Shown piece after piece: positions 26,767-35,957 of a stretch of DNA of 42,200 nt. Made by a program: the position numbers and the translations under genes. The notes beneath the pieces were generated by a model. The model made no database searches and was not told where the DNA came from. It was given only the letters and a program-made list of their open reading frames with translations. How positions within the stretch are numbered: position 1 is the first letter of the stretch; every line of letters starts with the position of its first letter. Source of the stretch: a virus; the UHGV virus genome UHGV-0106589. The stretch is one strand, 5' to 3'.

Positions 26767-27445
26767 CTTCTATCTCGTCCATGTCCTCAATCTCCTGATT
26801 ATTGCCTGTGAGCTTGTCTGTCTGGGCATGAAGCTGGGCAATGCGGGCCTTCTGCTCCTCGCTGGCAAGATCCCAGCGCTTATGCAGCAGTTCATCGTAC
26901 TGCTTAACCAGGCTTTCCAGAGTCTTCTGCGCTCTGGCCTGCGCCTGAAGAAAATTTCCATGTTTATCCCACGCCTGCTGTACCTCCCATTCCTCGCCGG
27001 ATATTTTCCCCTTTTTGATGCCTACCCGCTCGATGGTCTTATCATCCCGGTCCCGCACATACATGATCTTCTGGGCCCGGATAATGGCAGCGTAAGCAAT
27101 CTGTACCTGATCCCAGAGAATATCAAGGGGATCTGTCGGCATTTCCTGTATAATAGAAACGGTCTCCTCAGGAAGATACTTCGAGAAGAAACCATATTTT
27201 TCAGCTTTTTTATTCTTTGGCGGGCCGCCTGCGCTGTTATGATTTCCCGGCTGCGCACCCCGTTTTCGTTTATGCGAACGTTCGCTTTTTCTTTCCGAAC
27301 GTTCGCTTTCCCACTTATGTGTAGATTTCCATCGGCGGACCGTTCCTTCCGGCAGGTTTAGTTGACTTGCAATCTCAACTAATTTCTGACCTTCAAGATA
27401 CATGGCCCTGGCCTGCTCTATTCTCGGATCCGGCGCTCTGGCCAT
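26744..27445 (-). CDS. terS: terminase small subunit
   Basis: N-terminal HTH (LVEIASQLNLPEGTVRRWKS), basic linker, coiled-coil C-terminus. Immediately upstream of TerL. Confidence 0.7.
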   Translation of the reverse strand: MARAPDPRIEQARAMYLEGQKLVEIASQLNLPEGTVRRWKSTHKWESERSERKSERSHKRKRGAQPGNHNSAGGPPKNKKAEKYGFFSKYLPEETVSIIQEMPTDPLDILWDQVQIAYAAIIRAQKIMYVRDRDDKTIERVGIKKGKISGEEWEVQQAWDKHGNFLQAQARAQKTLESLVKQYDELLHKRWDLASEEQKARIAQLHAQTDKLTGNNQEIEDMDEIEGDIYGSE

Positions 27446-27602
27446 GCTGTCTCACCTCGATTCGTCGGTTTTGGTAAAAGAAAAGAGATAGCCGAAGCTA
27501 CCCTAAAAAGACCAATACCAGTAACCACAACCATCCAATACCATAATTAACTGCCATATATACTGCTAAAAATACAATAGCTGTTTGGCACAAACATTTC
27601 AT
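27396..27602 (-). CDS. possible small membrane protein (69 aa; N-terminal TM MKCLCQTAIVFLAVYMAVNYGYWMVVVTGIGLF)
   Basis: RBS GGAGGGG sits 8 nt upstream of ATG. 3' end overlaps the terS start in another frame. Not in the supplied ORF track, so treat with caution. Confidence 0.25.
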
Positions 27603-27663
27603 ATGCCATACCCCTCCATATCCAAAACGAAGCAGAAGATTTCATATTCTCCTGCTTCAAACA

Positions 27664-28500
27664 TTAAACTATCTTAATATTTACTGTAAAACCATTTTTC
27701 TCATAATAATTTTTTATATAGTCTAAAAAACCATCAACGGATTTTCTAACCACAATATTCGAAAGGATCCGACCAACTTCAGTAAGTGAAACGTACCCAA
27801 TCGGAACCTGTTCCCTTAAGTTCCCGATTTCAATAATATTACCATGATATTCAAATCCAATACACGCTTGTTCCAAATGCCAGTTTTTAAGAATCAATCT
27901 GTCATCTATCGCATTTACTTTTAACAATCCTAACGATTGTAAATCATTCAATTTCTGATACGACACTCTTACACTTTTGAGAATTTCCGTACTTTCATCT
28001 GCCGCAATTATTAACATTCCCTTTCCTAAGCCGTAATCGAATATTCTATTAACCGCAAATTTACATACATTATCAAAATCAGCCGCATCATCAGCACTCA
28101 TTATGCTCAATATATGAACCAATTGTTTTGGAATACACCCATTATTTTTACTTTCTTCTGATAATAATTTCCCCCATAATATTTTAGCATCATCGCGGCA
28201 AATATTTTTAGCTTTGTCTAAAAAGAATGCACACCAATCATCATCTAAGAATCCCTGGTTCATATTCTCATAAGACATTCCAAAACTAATAGCATGCTGA
28301 ATAATATCATGCATATTTGTGAATTCTTTTAATTCCCTTCTAACTTTACTAATTTTCATCGCCTTTATCAATGGCGGCATTTCTGCATCGTTTTCATATT
28401 CCTCTTTTAAGTATTCAACAGCATCTTCAAAATCCTTTTTAGATCCACGAGGGGTAACTAAAAACTGCATCAATTCCAAAGGCGAAATTTTATCAAACAT
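27664..28500 (-). CDS. AT-rich moron, hypothetical protein (278 aa)
   Basis: Markedly lower GC than the flanking structural genes. Inserted between tRNA-Asn and terS. Has its own terminator upstream. No recognisable motif. Confidence 0.55.
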   Translation of the reverse strand: MFDKISPLELMQFLVTPRGSKKDFEDAVEYLKEEYENDAEMPPLIKAMKISKVRRELKEFTNMHDIIQHAISFGMSYENMNQGFLDDDWCAFFLDKAKNICRDDAKILWGKLLSEESKNNGCIPKQLVHILSIMSADDAADFDNVCKFAVNRIFDYGLGKGMLIIAADESTEILKSVRVSYQKLNDLQSLGLLKVNAIDDRLILKNWHLEQACIGFEYHGNIIEIGNLREQVPIGYVSLTEVGRILSNIVVRKSVDGFLDYIKNYYEKNGFTVNIKIV

Positions 28501-28631
28501 ATCGCACTCTCCAATCCGACATTTTTCTACATTATATCACACATTGAAAAGGAAAATCTTGCCAAAGTTTGGAGCGCTATTTTGTTGATTTGTCATCACA
28601 GAACATACGCTCTGTTTTGTAAAATAACTTA

Positions 28632-28668
28632 ATATAATAAAAAGACACCCTCTCTCAAGGATGTCTCT
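28632..28668 (-). terminator. Rho-independent terminator downstream of tRNA-Asn
   Basis: Minus strand: agacaucc/ggguguсu forms an 8-bp stem (one G-U pair) with an 8-nt loop, followed by UUUUUAUUAUAUU. Confidence 0.55.
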
Positions 28669-28710
28669 CTGTACCTGGAACGTCTGGGTGGAGATCCCTA
28701 AACCAGGCAA

Positions 28711-28783
<73 letters not shown>

Positions 28784-28923
28784 GAAGAAGGGGGCGTCCA
28801 GCCCTGGGATGGAACCAGAGCCAGACGAACCGGCCGCCCGGCTGTAGCACCCTGGCGACCGTCGATTTAAGTGTAAGCCGTCGGCGTTATGCCTTTGGCT
28901 TCATGGTACACTATAACATTTTG

Positions 28924-28950
28924 ATTCGTAACATTGGTAACATTCGTAAC
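28924..28950. repeat. three tandem 9-mers ATTCGTAAC / ATTGGTAAC / ATTCGTAAC
   Basis: Perfect tandem array immediately downstream of the ArpU-like gene stop. Confidence 0.5.
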
Positions 28951-28955
28951 AAACT

Positions 28956-29390
28956 TTATGCCGCAGACATAAATCTTTGAAATTCCATTTTTACACTTGC
29001 TTCTGTAGCCTTCCGCCCCATCTTCACAGCTACCTGCGCCCAAGTCAATTCCTCAAATATCCTATACCGGATAATCCGCTGCATTCTGGGTGAGATTGTA
29101 TTAAGCCATGCTTCCACCTGACGCTTAATCTTCTCTGCGTTCCGGATCCGCTCCTCCAGCAGCACTTCCATACGTTCCAGCTCATCCGGATCCTTAACAG
29201 CTGCATATCCAAGCCCCTCCAAATGATAGGTCTGTAAGGTGTAAGGGAACTCATGCGACGATCCCTTAACGCTGTCCTGCTGGATCTGGCTCCGGTGCTT
29301 CCTCAACTTCCGGATCTCATCCTTGGTATCCTTAATCAGCTCGCAGGCATCTATGTACTGCTCCAAAATCTGCTTGTCCAACGGTATCAC
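28956..29390 (-). CDS. ArpU-family / sigma-70 region-4-like late transcription regulator
   Basis: 144 aa. C-terminal HTH ELTWAQVAVKMGRKATEASVKMEFQR resembles sigma region 4. Position at the start of the late operon upstream of terS matches ArpU/Alt-type regulators. Confidence 0.55.
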   Translation of the reverse strand: MIPLDKQILEQYIDACELIKDTKDEIRKLRKHRSQIQQDSVKGSSHEFPYTLQTYHLEGLGYAAVKDPDELERMEVLLEERIRNAEKIKRQVEAWLNTISPRMQRIIRYRIFEELTWAQVAVKMGRKATEASVKMEFQRFMSAA

Positions 29391-29617
29391 CTCCTCGCCC
29401 TCAAAATCCTCTGTCTGGCCTCATTCCACTCATCCGCCCAGGTTTCCATATCCACTCGGACAATCAGGTACCGCTTCTGGTACAGGATTCCCATGTCGCT
29501 GTACTTGTCGACCTGAGGCCTACATTTCCAGCCGAATCTCTTTTGCAGCTCAATGCCACTGTACCGCCCCACAAGCTTCCCGCAATCATACAGGTCATAA
29601 TATACTGGCCCCGGCAT
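29387..29617 (-). CDS. hypothetical protein (76 aa)
   Basis: ORF coupled to the ArpU-like gene. Confidence 0.35.
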   Translation of the reverse strand: MPGPVYYDLYDCGKLVGRYSGIELQKRFGWKCRPQVDKYSDMGILYQKRYLIVRVDMETWADEWNEARQRILRARR

Positions 29618-29621
29618 AACA

Positions 29622-29825
29622 TCACCTCCAAATCATCAGCACCGCCATCAGAGAGCCCCAGACCATAAGGTAATCCCAACGGTCAATGTTATGCCGTATC
29701 AGATTGACCGTCCCTGTTATGGCCCACAGAATAATTACCACGCCCTTAAGTACATTCACGGCCACAACCTCCCTGTTTTCTCGTCTCTTAACCTGATCGT
29801 ATCCTCCACATGGTAGCCCATACAC
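29622..29825 (-). CDS. hypothetical small membrane protein (67 aa)
   Basis: Hydrophobic stretch VVIILWAITGTVNLI. Overlaps the next ORF by 70 nt, so one of the two may be miscalled. Confidence 0.3.
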   Translation of the reverse strand: MYGLPCGGYDQVKRRENREVVAVNVLKGVVIILWAITGTVNLIRHNIDRWDYLMVWGSLMAVLMIWR

Positions 29826-29941
29826 TTCGCGGTGAAGAGCATCATGCGGACGGCTTTGTGGTAATCTTCCGGCGGCCTGTCCGCTTCCCGGATCGCAGCT
29901 CCTGCGGCTGGATCTGGATATCCTTCATGATTCTTGTACAT
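29756..29941 (-). CDS. hypothetical protein
   Basis: ORF. Start is probably the internal Met (MYKNHEGY). Confidence 0.3.
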   Translation of the reverse strand: MYKNHEGYPDPAAGAAIREADRPPEDYHKAVRMMLFTAKCMGYHVEDTIRLRDEKTGRLWP

Positions 29942-30044
29942 TATGTTTTCTCCTCTAAATGTCAATTTAACTCGACTTTAATTCGTTTTAACTCGATACA
30001 ACAACTATCTGTTTAATACCACAACTGTTTACTACAACTGGATC

Positions 30045-30737
30045 TTAAACCATCCCCAAACCATGTAATGTCAGCTGTGCCCTATGCTCTTCAAGCCTCT
30101 GTTTCGACAGCTCATACCGCTTAGGATCAATCTCAAATCCAACATACGGAATCCCTGCTTCCTCATATGCGATTAGGCTGCTGGCACTCCCTACATGGGT
30201 ATCCAGTACCTTCCATCCCGGCTGTACATATTTCTGGACCAGCCAGCGGTAGAGATTAACTGGCTTCTGGGTTGGGTGGATCCGTTTCTCGTTAAGCTTC
30301 TTATTTCCCTGCTGGATCCAGCCCTCTTCGATGCTCTTTCCCTGCATCATCCCATTCCACATATACCGGAACAGGCGGACAGAATCATGCAGACTGCAGG
30401 AGGCTATCTCACAATCCGAGAAACTGTTGGAGCCATTGCACTTGTCCCATACGATCCTTCCCGTTGGAAAATTCCAGTCAAAATAATTACAGCCCCATAT
30501 GATCTGATGTTTGGAAACACGTTCCAGTTCACGGAAGTAATCTTCTCCTGGTACTTCCCAGTTTTCTGAGGGTTCGTAGTGCCTCTGTACGCCTATCGGA
30601 CTTACTTTCCGACCATAATACCCTCTGCGTTCCGGGCCGGAAAAGTAAGGAGGATCCGTGATAGCAATATCGAAATACTTATCTGGGAATTGTTTCATGC
30701 CCTCCATGCAGTCCATGTTATAATAACCATAATCCAT
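30045..30737 (-). CDS. orphan DNA amino-methyltransferase (N6-adenine or N4-cytosine, beta class)
   Basis: DPPY motif (FDIAITDPPY) near the N-terminus followed by an AdoMet motif (VLDTHVGSASSL). No restriction partner seen. Confidence 0.85.
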   Translation of the reverse strand: MDYGYYNMDCMEGMKQFPDKYFDIAITDPPYFSGPERRGYYGRKVSPIGVQRHYEPSENWEVPGEDYFRELERVSKHQIIWGCNYFDWNFPTGRIVWDKCNGSNSFSDCEIASCSLHDSVRLFRYMWNGMMQGKSIEEGWIQQGNKKLNEKRIHPTQKPVNLYRWLVQKYVQPGWKVLDTHVGSASSLIAYEEAGIPYVGFEIDPKRYELSKQRLEEHRAQLTLHGLGMV

Positions 30738-30740
30738 AAC

Positions 30741-31322
30741 TCACTCCTCCTTCCGGTACGGCTCCGGCAGTGGCATCCAGGCGGTCACTGTGTCATACAC
30801 ATTTGCCAAATTCCTTTCCTCTTTCTCCACTGCATCACAGTATATCCATTCGTTATAATCATCCGAATACTGCCAGATCCCTCCGCCTATATATTCCGCC
30901 TTATACACACCGTAGCTTTCTGGATGATATTTCTTCTCTTCTTCCGGAAGCCAATCAGTGTCATAATCGTTGATCCATTCAGAGTGTTTTATAGTCGCCC
31001 AAACTGGTTCTCCCTGCACCGGCAACCTCTCCTCCACGGGAATCCAGCGGTGCTGCTCCTTAAGCCGTTCGATTTCTTCCGGTGTCAGCCCGGTATCCTC
31101 GTACTCCATCAGCTTCCAGAGAGCTCCATACAGCCGCTCCCGTAAAGACTTGGTGATTACCTGTCCTTCATGCAGCTGTTCCCATGACACACCCTTCAAG
31201 CACCAATTTCCCTGCTCATCTTTCTGTGTTAATCTCTTCATTCTCGCCTTCCTCCTCCCACTCAAGTGCCTCACCGCATATCTGGCAGTATTTCTGCCCC
31301 GGCTCAATCCTCTCATTCTCAC
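30741..31322 (-). CDS. DUF551-like phage protein
   Basis: C-terminal VTAWMPLPEPY resembles the conserved DUF551 terminus. Real start is probably an internal Met. Confidence 0.45.
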   Translation of the reverse strand: MRMRGLSRGRNTARYAVRHLSGRRKARMKRLTQKDEQGNWCLKGVSWEQLHEGQVITKSLRERLYGALWKLMEYEDTGLTPEEIERLKEQHRWIPVEERLPVQGEPVWATIKHSEWINDYDTDWLPEEEKKYHPESYGVYKAEYIGGGIWQYSDDYNEWIYCDAVEKEERNLANVYDTVTAWMPLPEPYRKEE

Positions 31323-31373
31323 ATACCGGGCACATAAACATTTCTTTGCCCTGCATCCATATCTTAGCCATAT

Positions 31374-32990
31374 CTATTTTCCTTTCTGCAATGCCTTCAA
31401 AAACTCCACCAGCTCCGTCTCGCTATCCGGATACCGACTGTATGTCTCATGACGCTGCCATCTTCCATAGGCCCCAGTAGGATGCTTTTCAGGCTCCGGT
31501 CCGCCGACCAGATGCAGGTATGAGGATTCATAATCCTGACCGATAAATTCATTATGCTGTGTGTATACCTCTGCGATCAACCGTGCCCCGTTGTCAAAAT
31601 CATACTTGTAATACCTGGCCCCGATATGCTCATCTGTATACCACAGACCCCATGATTTATAATCCCTAAGCCATTCCTTACGCTGATCGTTGTTCTTCAT
31701 GATAGGGAGTTCTGGCCGTTGTTCTTCCTGTTCCGGCATTTCCAGGTCGCACAGCATACCTGCAAGGGCTGCCACCAGTATTTTCTTCTTCTGGAGCAAC
31801 TTTTTCGGGAATCCTTCCACTGCATCAACCTTTATCATTTCCTCCAGATACTTCTTCTCCTTCCCTAACATCTCTCGGAGTAGTTCCATATCTGTAGGCT
31901 CAGCGGCCTCCTCCGGTTGCGACGTCGCAACTTCCTCTATTTCTTCCCCGCTGCTATTTTCGCAGCGGATTTCTTCATTCTGCTGCACTTCCGCAGCAGT
32001 CAGTTCCTGATCCAACGCCCTCATAGCCCGCCCGCAAATATATTCGCAAGGATTCTTGCAATGCTTACAGCATGGGCTTGGCTCCCCGTCTCCGGCCCGG
32101 TGGTAGGCCAGATCGTGGTTCACGAACTCGCAATCATCCCTTACAAGTTCCCGGATCTCATCCAGATCTCTAATCTCGCACGGAAATGGATTCCCGCAAG
32201 GTGCCTCTACGCACCACCGGTCTTTTTGCCGGATTCCACACTCCATAGCGCAGGAATCACAGCAATGACCTCCCTCACATCCTTCTGTTACGATCAGACT
32301 GTCTGCCGGGTATTCCCGTTTGGGTGTCCCATAGGCCGATAGCTGAGGGACCAGACGGTTTTCCTGTTGCGACGTCGCAACGCTTTCCACTGACAGAGGC
32401 TCCATAAGGTCCTCCACCGATATCTCACAGCTCTGCATAGCTGCTCTTTCTGGTTCCGGCGGTACATCCGTCACATCTGGAGCGGCCTCCGGCTCAATCC
32501 CCGGAAAGTCTGTAATACTGATCTGCCCCGGAAGCTCCACATATGGGATTTCCTTAGGCTGTTTCATGGCTCGGATCTGGCGCACGGTCATATCTGGAGT
32601 TACCTGCTCCAACTGCTCATCATCAAGCCCAAGCATCTCCTGAAGCTGTGCTTTGCTGAAATCCCTGTACCGGTCATCCAGTATGGGGCTGTTGCCTCCC
32701 TTGGAAAACCGGATGCACCGGTCTATATAGCGTTTGGTGGTTGACCGGCTGAAACCGAACTGCCTGGCAGCATACTCATTGATATCGCTGTATCCGTATT
32801 CCTGGAACTGATTACGATCCCGCACATACATCAGCCAGTACCCGATGGATATCACACTTCTGGCGGCCGTCTTAAGGTCTGTATGTATATACCGCCCGAT
32901 CTCATCCAGCGGGATCTCCATCTGGTACCACTCCGGGCCTGTATGGTCAATGGTTCCTGTCTCAGGAACCATGGTATTCTCATCTTCCAT
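31374..32990 (-). CDS. Cys-rich early protein (538 aa): N-terminal HTH-like region and a central cluster of about 20 Cys
   Basis: YSDINEYAARQFGFSRSTTKRYIDRC is HTH-like. CEGGHCCDSCAMEC...CCKHCKNPCEYICG is a metal-binding-like cluster. Contains two copies of the 16-bp palindrome, each encoding VATSQ. Confidence 0.55.
   Translation of the reverse strand: MEDENTMVPETGTIDHTGPEWYQMEIPLDEIGRYIHTDLKTAARSVISIGYWLMYVRDRNQFQEYGYSDINEYAARQFGFSRSTTKRYIDRCIRFSKGGNSPILDDRYRDFSKAQLQEMLGLDDEQLEQVTPDMTVRQIRAMKQPKEIPYVELPGQISITDFPGIEPEAAPDVTDVPPEPERAAMQSCEISVEDLMEPLSVESVATSQQENRLVPQLSAYGTPKREYPADSLIVTEGCEGGHCCDSCAMECGIRQKDRWCVEAPCGNPFPCEIRDLDEIRELVRDDCEFVNHDLAYHRAGDGEPSPCCKHCKNPCEYICGRAMRALDQELTAAEVQQNEEIRCENSSGEEIEEVATSQPEEAAEPTDMELLREMLGKEKKYLEEMIKVDAVEGFPKKLLQKKKILVAALAGMLCDLEMPEQEEQRPELPIMKNNDQRKEWLRDYKSWGLWYTDEHIGARYYKYDFDNGARLIAEVYTQHNEFIGQDYESSYLHLVGGPEPEKHPTGAYGRWQRHETYSRYPDSETELVEFLKALQKGK
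31916..31931. repeat. perfect 16-bp palindrome GTTGCGACGTCGCAAC (in-frame, encodes VATSQ)
   Basis: Seen directly. Confidence 0.8.
32366..32381. repeat. perfect 16-bp palindrome GTTGCGACGTCGCAAC (in-frame, encodes VATSQ)
   Basis: Seen directly. 20-nt context ctgttgcgacgtcgcaacgc is identical to the site at 21731-21750. Confidence 0.8.
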
Positions 32991-33855
32991 CTGTCTCCCC
33001 CTCTCTCAAAAACTCCCTCGTCCGCTCCATCATGATCGCATCATAGTCCACATCCCTTTGTTCAAAGTTGTGGAACCGGTTGGACGATGGACCGGGAGTC
33101 TTTTCGCAGGCAGGTTTCCCCTCTGTCGGGTTCCGGTAGTTCCCATCCAGCACCTTTGCCATATTGGCATCAGCAATCAGCCAGTCAAACGTAGCTGACC
33201 AGTTCCTGCGGTTTTTGCCCTTCAAAAAGTCACTTTCCTCCGCAGTCTCAAAAAGCCGACGGAAGTCCTCAACGGTATATCCTGCCCTCAGTCTCGCACG
33301 GATCGCCTTCTTCCTCGCTTCCGACAGCTTCACCAGGCGGGGATACGACCCGCAAACGGAATTATATAATTCTCGAATCGTGGTGATCTGGGAGGAAAAG
33401 TCGTCCGGCTTTTCTGGTACCTCTTCAGAGGTACTCTTTTTATTTTGTTTTTGTTTATGTTTATATATGTCTGCGCTTTGTACTTCGCTTTCTACTACGG
33501 GAAATACTTCGCTTTTTACTTCGCTATATACTTCACTTTTTACTACGTTTTTGAAAGTGAAATACACCATTTTGTATTTATTAGGGCTTCCTTTTCTGCC
33601 CTTCTGGTAGATGATACGGCCAGCCTTTATGAGTTCGTCCCTCGCCTTGATGAATGTGGCTTCTCGACCCATTGACATGGCTGCCATCAATCTCAGGTTA
33701 TCTACTATAACCCACTCGCTCCACCCGCTCCGGTTGAAATAGTTCATCATCTTGTACCATAACAACTGCGACGGGATCGGTAAGTAGTTAGTTTCGAGCC
33801 ATCGTTCGAAGGCTATGATCTCTGCCAGATAATTGATCTCCATGTAGGCTGTCAC
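32980..33855 (-). CDS. replisome organiser / DnaD-like replication initiation protein
   Basis: N-terminal DnaD-like region. C-terminal TFDWLIADANMAKVLDGNY matches the conserved phage replisome-organiser C-terminal motif. Internal SEV-type peptide repeats encoded by DNA iterons. Confidence 0.65.
   Translation of the reverse strand: MTAYMEINYLAEIIAFERWLETNYLPIPSQLLWYKMMNYFNRSGWSEWVIVDNLRLMAAMSMGREATFIKARDELIKAGRIIYQKGRKGSPNKYKMVYFTFKNVVKSEVYSEVKSEVFPVVESEVQSADIYKHKQKQNKKSTSEEVPEKPDDFSSQITTIRELYNSVCGSYPRLVKLSEARKKAIRARLRAGYTVEDFRRLFETAEESDFLKGKNRRNWSATFDWLIADANMAKVLDGNYRNPTEGKPACEKTPGPSSNRFHNFEQRDVDYDAIMMERTREFLREGETDGR
33478..33560. repeat. about six tandem ~12-nt iterons (tacttcgctttt-like) with adjacent AT-rich tract (33436-33470): candidate replication origin inside the rep gene
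   Basis: tacttcgctttc, tactacgggaaa, tacttcgcttttt, acttcgctatat, acttcacttttt, actacgttttt, preceded by tttttattttgtttttgtttatgtttatatatg. Confidence 0.5.
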
Positions 33856-34203
33856 CTACCTCTCTTTCGCTTTTAATTCCCTCCAGGCCTGAGCGTCCCT
33901 GTATAACTCTATCCAGTCCACGAACCGCATCGTCACCAGCCATTCGCAGCGGTCTCTCCGATGGAACACCGCCGGAAGAAGCCCCTTAGCGGCGTCTCTG
34001 ACTGCCTGTGATACCGCATCTAAAAGATTCAGGCGCTCCACCCGCTTGCACTCTATATGGATACCCGGGAGTCCTACCACGTCCGCATCACCGGAGGCCC
34101 CGCAGTACTGCTGGCCTCTGCGGCAGTCATAACCGTACTCCCTCAAAAGCCCTGCCAGCTCACGTTCCCCACGCTTGCCTTTTTCTCTTTGTGATCTTCC
34201 CAT
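33856..34203 (-). CDS. Hjc-like Holliday junction resolvase (PD-(D/E)XK)
   Basis: GERELAGLLREYGY...GASGDADVV...IHIECK matches the Hjc/PD-(D/E)XK pattern (GxxxERxL...D...ExK). Start taken at the internal Met (MGRSQREKG); ORF track start is 34359. Confidence 0.5.
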   Translation of the reverse strand: MGRSQREKGKRGERELAGLLREYGYDCRRGQQYCGASGDADVVGLPGIHIECKRVERLNLLDAVSQAVRDAAKGLLPAVFHRRDRCEWLVTMRFVDWIELYRDAQAWRELKAKER

Positions 34204-34297
34204 GTGCCTCCTTCCCGACCGGCGGACGGTCAGCCATGCCGGTCTTAGGACTTTTATAACCAAATGACATTTAATATCGTGACATATTATCCTGCCA

Positions 34298-34609
34298 TCA
34301 GAGGTAACTCTTTCCAAATTCTTGCCGGAAATCTCCCCGGCTTCCATAATGCTCCTCATAATATTTCTGAGCCTTACGTTTTAATGACTCATCAAACTTC
34401 TGATCCATATGCACACTGTAAGGAGCCATATTGTGCCAATCTGGACGCAGCGGGACCAGAAAACCGTATTTCTCTGATAAAGGCCGGTTCGGCCCATTAA
34501 ATACATGGTGGATAGCAATATTGCAGTCCCCTGTGATAATACAGTGGTGCAGATCATCTGTAAGTACACTATGCAGTTTCTTCATGGCGTTTCCTCCAGT
34601 TCTTCTCAT
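34298..34609 (-). CDS. hypothetical protein, possibly HNH-like
   Basis: HHCIITGDCNIAIHHVF-G-NR...WHN has an H/N/H arrangement reminiscent of HNH. Weak. Confidence 0.3.
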   Translation of the reverse strand: MRRTGGNAMKKLHSVLTDDLHHCIITGDCNIAIHHVFNGPNRPLSEKYGFLVPLRPDWHNMAPYSVHMDQKFDESLKRKAQKYYEEHYGSRGDFRQEFGKSYL

Positions 34610-35162
34610 ACATTTCCATCATACGTTCCAGCTCTTGAGGCGGGATTGTTTCAATCCCTTGTTCCTTACACTCTGACACCAGCCCGTCAATCAATGCAGA
34701 CATTTCTGCGGTATCATAGGTGCTTGATCCACGCAGCATTACATATGTACGGTACAGTTTCCCGTCCTTCCCTGTCTTTACTTCTGACGTAGGTCGGATA
34801 TGGTAGGTCTCAGCTTCATCCGCCTTTTTAGTCCCTTCCTCGCTATCTGGAAGAACCAGAAATACCATCTGCCCGTCAATGACCTCCGGACGACCGTGCC
34901 GCCTCAAGAGTATGTTGTGCAGGTACGGCTTGGAAATGTTGAGCTTGTCCGCCAGTTTTGTCACCAGCTGCCAGTAATAAGCATTTGCATCCAAACTGCG
35001 TTTCTTCTTCCATGGTTTCACAGTAAAAGCCAGCTTTTCATTTTTTCTTAAATCATCCCATTCCGGGCCGATATCATCCCGGTCACACTGCACTGTCAGT
35101 TCTATTCTGTGGGATTCCAGATCAATACGTAGGCCGCCTACAAACCTCCCTGTAAATTCCAT
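34569..35162 (-). CDS. NinB/Orf-family recombination mediator
   Basis: RSLDANAYYWQLVTKLADKL parallels lambda NinB RSLDQNRKLWACLGDVS. Confidence 0.5.
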   Translation of the reverse strand: MEFTGRFVGGLRIDLESHRIELTVQCDRDDIGPEWDDLRKNEKLAFTVKPWKKKRSLDANAYYWQLVTKLADKLNISKPYLHNILLRRHGRPEVIDGQMVFLVLPDSEEGTKKADEAETYHIRPTSEVKTGKDGKLYRTYVMLRGSSTYDTAEMSALIDGLVSECKEQGIETIPPQELERMMEMYEKNWRKRHEETA

Positions 35163-35165
35163 AAA

Positions 35166-35957
35166 CTACTGCCTTTCCGGATTATTCCACGGAAGTCCAT
35201 CGGCCCCATTTTCCGGAGGAATTGTGGCAGGGTCTATTGGCTTATCCTGCTTTCCCTTCAAAACATCCATTGCGTCCCGGAACTGGTCTATATTCATCTC
35301 GTGAATATTATTCAAACCATAATTCTTTAGAATCCCTTTTAAGCCCACTCCCGTTCTGGATAATTCCAGATACAGCGTATTGATATGCGCTGTTTCTACC
35401 AGTATCGTCCCCTGCGCTTCTGAGACCTCTGCATTTTCATCTGGTTCAAGCTGCCCCATCGTAAAAACCACCTTATTCTTACACTTAATTACCAATGCAT
35501 TAATATTATTTTCAGCGTCATAGCCAATCTGGCTCACTGAAAACCGATCTCGGCAGGTGAATCTTGCTCTTCCGCTACCTTCTGCCTTCTCAATCTTGCA
35601 TTTCCCGGATGGGATCCAAATAAACGGCGCTGTATACAGCTCCCGGCCGATTCCCCAATTAAAGCAGGCCCGCTTAAAAGAATCAGAAGCTAATCCCTTT
35701 TCTTTTTCTGTGTTGCTCTCTGTACCTGTATCTTCTTTCTCGATCCACTGATTCTTGCTATCGTCCCAGATAGCTACTGTACAGTTTGCATTATCTCTGG
35801 AATGGTGGCGCTGCCAATTTTCCGCCCCCACAGCTTCGTCCAGGATATTCATATCACATCGGGCGTCCTTATACAGCAAAAGGGTGATGCCTTTCTCTGT
35901 TACTGTGGCTACCCTGCAATCAATCTCATCTGCCCTCAACGTTCTGAATTTTTTCAT
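35166..35957 (-). CDS. Rad52-family single-strand annealing protein (Sak-like)
   Basis: FKRACFNWGIGRELY matches the Rad52/Sak signature (NWGIGRYLY). Confidence 0.65.
   Translation of the reverse strand: MKKFRTLRADEIDCRVATVTEKGITLLLYKDARCDMNILDEAVGAENWQRHHSRDNANCTVAIWDDSKNQWIEKEDTGTESNTEKEKGLASDSFKRACFNWGIGRELYTAPFIWIPSGKCKIEKAEGSGRARFTCRDRFSVSQIGYDAENNINALVIKCKNKVVFTMGQLEPDENAEVSEAQGTILVETAHINTLYLELSRTGVGLKGILKNYGLNNIHEMNIDQFRDAMDVLKGKQDKPIDPATIPPENGADGLPWNNPERQ

Noticed and set aside
25651-26811. 386-aa plus-strand ORF opposite the terminase large subunit.
   Set aside because: Shadow ORF of terL. No motifs. terL has a Walker A motif and conserved synteny.
28784-28880. Attempt to fit a second full tRNA in the GC-rich stretch next to tRNA-Asn.
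   Set aside because: Only a T-arm-like hairpin could be built. No matching acceptor stem or anticodon arm. Reported only as a fragment-like element.
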